In this document: piece after piece, positions 58,640 through 64,000 of the stretch
Layout: each line of letters starts with the position of its first letter
Position numbering within the stretch: the first letter of the stretch is position 1
DNA from: Octopus sinensis
Taxonomy: Eukaryota
Reading direction: 5' to 3'
DNA length: 64,000 bases
Assembly (NCBI RefSeq): GCF_006345805.1
Contig: NW_021835754.1
Location: forward strand, 7,204-71,203
Position numbers and translations under genes: made by a program
The notes under the pieces: model-generated
Databases searched by the model: none
What the model was told of the DNA's origin: nothing
Seen by the model: only the letters and a program-made list of their open reading frames with translations

Positions 58640-60870
58640 ACCTTCAAATACATACCTCAGTTATAAGAGAACCTTTAAAAAGGTGAAGTAAACCCAACGG
58701 CGACAAGGAAGCTGAAGCTGTCAGCGATGGTGTCGCGTCCGGCTGTTGGACTGTGGAAAGGGCAGCCATATTCCCAGTTGCAATCAAGCCACTACGGAAC
58801 CTCATCAGCGAAGAAGATTAAAAGGGACAAAGGAGAACAAGAAATTGTTGTTTGAAAGTTACATTAGGAATAAACTAGAGAAAAGGGGCTATTGGAAAGG
58901 GTTATTAAAGAAAAAAATATTGTCAGTATGAAGAGCTGAAGGATGTGAGTGAAGAAGGGTTGGTTGATCAGATTAGAGGAATTAAGACAAAAATGTGGCT
59001 AGAGAGAATGGAACAAGAGACGATAATGGAAGTGAGAAAGAAACTGCGAGGGACAAGTGGTCCAAAAGAAATACACATACAACAGAAGAATCTACAAAGC
59101 TGGGACATAGAGGGAGGGCATCTACAATATATAGAAGATATAAGTGTACATCTAAATAGAAAGTCACCGGAGGAAATTAGACCAGAGCTAGCCACTATTT
59201 GTGACAGAATTGTGGAGGTAATGTTACTTTAGGACTGGTAAAAGTTACCACCATTGAAGTCATGTGATAGGGCAAAGCTAAGATCAGAATTCTGGAAAGC
59301 GAGTGAAGTTGTCAGGAAATTTTCAATTACGGATATCACTGAATTAAATTCTTTCGTGTATGTCACTGCTTGTGTCATCACAGAGAAGATGGGAATGTTT
59401 AGAGAAAGGAAAGTACAAAGAAAGAGAATCTTTCTGGGAAAAGGAGAATGAAAGAAAGCATCAATGCATGGCGGAAGGATTTAAGTAAGATCGAGTAAGA
59501 AGAGGAAATGTGAGGCTCAACGAAAGAGAACTGAATTACATGAATAAGAAATAACACGCAGTGGATAAGGGTGCTCTACATCGGATAGGTTAAAACAAAA
59601 GCTCAAAGCGAGTGGAGTTAAGATCAAAATATACGAGGAAAGCTGGCCACGGTTCAAACAAAATCATCTGTTTAGAACAAGTCAGATGTTCTACAAGACT
59701 CTGGATGGAGGAGATAAGAAAGAAGCGAATAGAGTTAAGATCAAAAGATACAAGGAAAGATGTCTACAGTTTAAACGAAATCATGTTTGGAACAAATCAG
59801 AAGTTGTTCTACAAGACTCTGGATGGAGGAGATAAGGAAGAAGCAGAGTTACTTAATCCCATAGAAACAACCTCGTTTTGGAGGAAGATATGATCAGAGA
59901 ATGTCGAACACAACAACAGAGCCATGAAGTGGAAAAAGAATTCAAGGACATGGAGATATAGAAGGCCATTGTCATCATGTTGGAAGATATTCAAGTTAGA
60001 GATGGTAAGAGGAGAAAATGGAAGGCAGCTGATCAGGGCTTAGTTCTGTTTTTTTTGTTCAAACTTTTGACGAATTTATATCCTAAACTACAACTCCTTC
60101 AAGGCTGTGTACATCAAAGAATTGTTCCAGAATGGATGGTCAAATAAAGAACAGTGTTGATTCAGGACCTAACCAAGGGTGCCGTGGCTAGTAACTATCG
60201 TCCGATTGCTTGTTTTACCTAGGATGTGGAATCTTCTAATTGAGATAATAGGGAAGAAACTGTAAGACCATCTTGAAAGAAATGAACTACTAGCAGATAA
60301 ACAAAAAGGCTGTAGGAAGAGATCACGAGGAACAAAGGATCCGTTGCTGATCGCTAAAGCAAATCTTAAGAACTGCTGAAGGTTGACAAGCCAATCGATG
60401 GCTTAGATTGATAATAGGAAGGCATATGATATGGTTCTTCATTCATGTATTCTGAAATGCCTGAAGATGGTCGGGGCAGCGAAAATTTTGATTTATTTGT
60501 TCAAAAATAGTATGAGAGACTGGAGGACAGTTTTGACTGAAAATGGAAGAGACTGGACAAATGGACAGCACGAGGGGAATCTTTCAAGAAGACTCGGTAT
60601 CACCTTAACTGTATATTGTTTGCATATTACCACTCTCCATGGTTCTGAGAAAGATGGGAGCTGGTTACAAGCTGCATAAAAACAGGAGACCAATCAATCA
60701 TCTGATTTTTATGGATGATTTGAAGCTTTTTGGATCTAGCAGTGGTCAATTAGATTCCTTTATTCAGTCCGAACAAATCTTCTTTCAAGACGTCTAGATG
60801 GCTTTTGGTATAGAGAAATGAACTGTTATTGAACTGAGGAGAGGGCGAAAAGTCGACACTATTGCAAGGC
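58640..60870 (+). mobile_element. Degenerate R4/Dong element (N-terminus to RT, 3'-truncated)
   Basis: ENKKLLFESYIRNKLEKRGY; NYRPIAC; GTKDPLLI; YDMVLHSCILKCL; HLIFMDDLKLF. Confidence 0.85.
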
Positions 60871-60879
60871 TCACACATT

Positions 60880-61400
60880 TTGCCTTTCTGCCCTTTCTTA
60901 TAGGCCTTCCATGTAAATGAAGTTTTTTTTTCTGTTTACTAATTTTTTTGTTTGCTAAAATCCGTAGTTAAACGTGTAGATTTGATATACCCAATTGTCA
61001 TTTTATATTTTTACTACAATGTTGTTTGCTAATGTTTTCTTTGTACGAATTTTCCGTTGTAGGCAGCATTTCCACTTCTACATTGATCACCGATTAGTTT
61101 TCCTTCGTGGTCGATTCCATGGTGAGTATATCGCCATATTCATCCAGTGTCATCCTGAAATATTTTGGGTGTTTTGTTTTGAAGACACATTCGTAAATGT
61201 AACTCCATTCACATGTCTCCTCAGGATGGAATTAAAATAGGTTCTTTTCAGGAGCATGCGTGAATGGCCGTTTTTAGAGCCTTCTTTCTCGCAATGGCAT
61301 CTTGCGAAGATTAACTCGAAATCTTTTCGTATCCTTACATGACAAGATTATGTTTCACTTAGCATTTTCTGCAATCTTCCCCAAAATCATAATCGAAAGA
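60880..61400 (-). mobile_element. Possible 5' portion of another R4/Dong-like element
   Basis: Weak similarity to the N-terminal regions at 4800-5000 and 58800-59000. Confidence 0.35.
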
Positions 61401-61539
61401 GTGTTCCACCCATCTCTGCTGAATAATTTTGGCCAAAAATTGGGTTATTGTTGTTGTTGTTGTTGTTGGTAATGGTGGTGATGGCTTCGATGTTTTCTTT
61501 CTTAACATTTTTAAGTTTCAGTCCGTCTTCAAATTTGTT

Positions 61540-61909
61540 GTTGTTGCTGTTGAGCGAAGTGGTCTCCATCCCAGAGTGGGAGAAGTCCGAAACGTGGTCC
61601 TTTGCTATTCGTAAGACCCGCAGAAGAGAAAGCAGGTCAACCCCCGACACCGAGAGCATCGACGGATGGATGAATGCGCATCCAGGCTCAGCGGTTGCAT
61701 AGGAAGTCGGGGACAAGAAACAAGAAGAAAGAGTGAGAGAAAGTTGGAGCGAAAGAGTACAACAGGGTCGCCACCACACCCTGCCGGAGACTCGTGGAGC
61801 TTTAGGTGTTTTCGCTCAATAAACACACACAACGCCCGGTCTGGGAATCGAAACCGCGATACTCCGACCGCGAGCTCGCTGCCCTAACCACTGGGCCATT
61901 GCGCCTCCA
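61540..61909 (-). mobile_element. Family C SINE, fourth tail type
   Basis: Family C head, then tail ...gcaaccgctgagcctggatg...ggagaccacttcgctc(aac)n. Confidence 0.8.
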
Positions 61910-62417
61910 CTGTTGTGGGTAGTGGTGGTGGTGGTGGTGGTGGTGGTGGTGACTTCGAGGTTTTCTTTGTTAAAGTTTTCCATATTCTGTTATCTGTACT
62001 TTACTCTGTAGTCTGTTTCTTGTACTTTACTCCGTACTCTGCTTTCACTGTGACGACATAGTGCTTCCCACTCCTACCCTCACTCACAGCATTCTGCTAA
62101 TGCTCCACACTCCCCCCCCCTCTCACTGTGTTGTCTGCTGTTTTCTCTATCGAGGGAGAAATCAAAATTTTCATTACAGAAACAAATTTAAGTTAAGGTG
62201 TCCCAAATCTCCCGAATTGGGGGACAACGTACGAAAACAAACTCCCCAGTCGCCAGAAATCAACTTGTCTTCCACGAGGGTATACATTTCTAAACTAAAT
62301 ACAACAATTTTCCTTGGTTTATATACGTGATTCGTTTGCAGAAATTACAAATCCGATGTCAAGCACGATTGCCCGTTTGACGGCCATAATAACACTAACA
62401 ATAATAAAAATCCTTTC

Positions 62418-62596
62418 TACTAAAGGCACAAGGCCTGAAATTTTACGGAAGCAGGATAGCACTTGTTTTATCGACTCCAAAAGGATGAAAAGCAAAATCT
62501 ACCTCAGTGGAATTTGAACTCAGAACGTAAAGACGGACGAAATGCCGCTAAGCATTTCGCCATGCTTGCTAACGATTCTGTCAACTCGCTGCCTTA
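62418..62596 (-). mobile_element. Family A SINE
   Basis: Diverged homology. Confidence 0.7.
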
Positions 62597-62601
62597 ATGA
62601 C

Positions 62602-62648
<47 letters not shown>

Positions 62649-62975
62649 TAAAAATAAAAATAATCATAAAAGAGTAAAAGAGTAAAAGAGTAAAGAGAGA
62701 GTGTTATTTCTGCTATAGCAGGGGTTCTTCAACCGGGGTCCGCATGGATCATGGGAGTCCACGGATGTAACATAAAAAATGGTGGGGGTCCTCAGTGATT
62801 TTTCTCGGAAACATGAGATCGGTAATTAAACTTCTTACCACACAGCTATATATATATGTATCACGTGATCAAGTGACCGACCAGACCATCAGATGTTGTT
62901 ACACATCGCTGGTCACAATGCGTTCGCATTGTTTTAGCCTTCGAATGAACGCCACCCCACTGGCTAAGCGAGCAG

Positions 62976-63057
<82 letters not shown>

Positions 63058-63410
63058 ATATATATAGTTGAGATTTATAGAAAAAAACGAAAGACAAATA
63101 CAGGTGTATGAACACAAGCAGGTGTATTAGTTTGACGGTCGGTAAAGTGAAAAAGTCTTCTACATGAAGCTATATATATATGTATGCATGTACGTATGTA
63201 TGTATGTATGTATGTATGTATGTATGTATGTATGTATGTATGTATGTATGTATGCATGTATGTATGTATGTGTGCACGCACACACGCGCACATATACATA
63301 TACATACATGCTCATATCAACTTGAATACACACATGCACGATACGCACGTTTACATACATATATATTTTTTATATATACACATCTCTCTCTCTCTCACAC
63401 ACACACACTC

Positions 63411-63482
<72 letters not shown>

Positions 63483-63521
63483 TATATATATATATACATA
63501 TATATATACATATATATATAT

Positions 63522-63600
<79 letters not shown>

Positions 63601-63744
63601 ATTACGGAGATGTACTCGCATAGCAAGTAATTTGATCTGAGATCGTGTGCTGAATCGAAAACAATTGCAGCGTGGAAGGTGTTTATAAGCCATTTAAGAA
63701 ACACCAAAAGCCGTTCGATTCACTTCAACATTTAAGTTTAATTT

Positions 63745-63788
63745 GTCAAAATATTTTCGTCGCTAAAATCCGCGACCTGTTCACTGAC
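63745..63788 (-). ncRNA. Degenerate hammerhead-like motif in a (TA)n-flanked island (63601-63810)
   Basis: GUCA-GUGAACA-G-GUCGC(N8)GCGAC-GAA-AAUAUU-U-UGAC; stems intact, core altered at two positions. Confidence 0.45.
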
Positions 63789-63804
63789 AAAGTCCGTGCT
63801 GCAT

Positions 63805-63838
<34 letters not shown>

Positions 63839-63863
63839 CCATATATATATCTATATATCTACA

Positions 63864-63924
<61 letters not shown>

Positions 63925-64000
63925 GCACACAGAGAAACGTATACAAGCATGGGCGTGGGTGTACGCGAGCGCGCAAGGGTTTGTAGGATTATATAAGCTC

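Overview
AT-rich, microsatellite-saturated eukaryotic genomic DNA, most likely from an octopus-type cephalopod (inferred from the SINE families and repeat landscape, not proven). No intact protein-coding gene can be supported, and nearly all ORF-track entries are translated microsatellites or decayed transposons. The window holds degenerate R4/Dong-clade non-LTR retrotransposons next to (TAA)n, three tRNA-like-head SINE families with many copies, L1/Tx1 and RTE fragments, three Tc1/mariner relics, Helitron fragments and several fold-back structures. The most notable feature is a head-to-tail array of three ~351-bp units plus an inverted terminal segment at 22486-23728. Each unit carries a minus-strand type I hammerhead ribozyme (CACACG-CUGACGA-GAGG-UCAAUA-CCUC-GAAAC-UCGA-GUC/CGUGUG), which is the architecture of a retrozyme or Penelope-LTR array able to yield ~350-nt self-cleaved or circular RNAs. 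Further hammerhead-like motifs of unrelated sequence occur elsewhere, mostly in short islands between (TA)n tracts. A weak three-exon coding candidate lies at 42.4-46.2 kb. Coordinates were counted by eye and may be off by a few bases.
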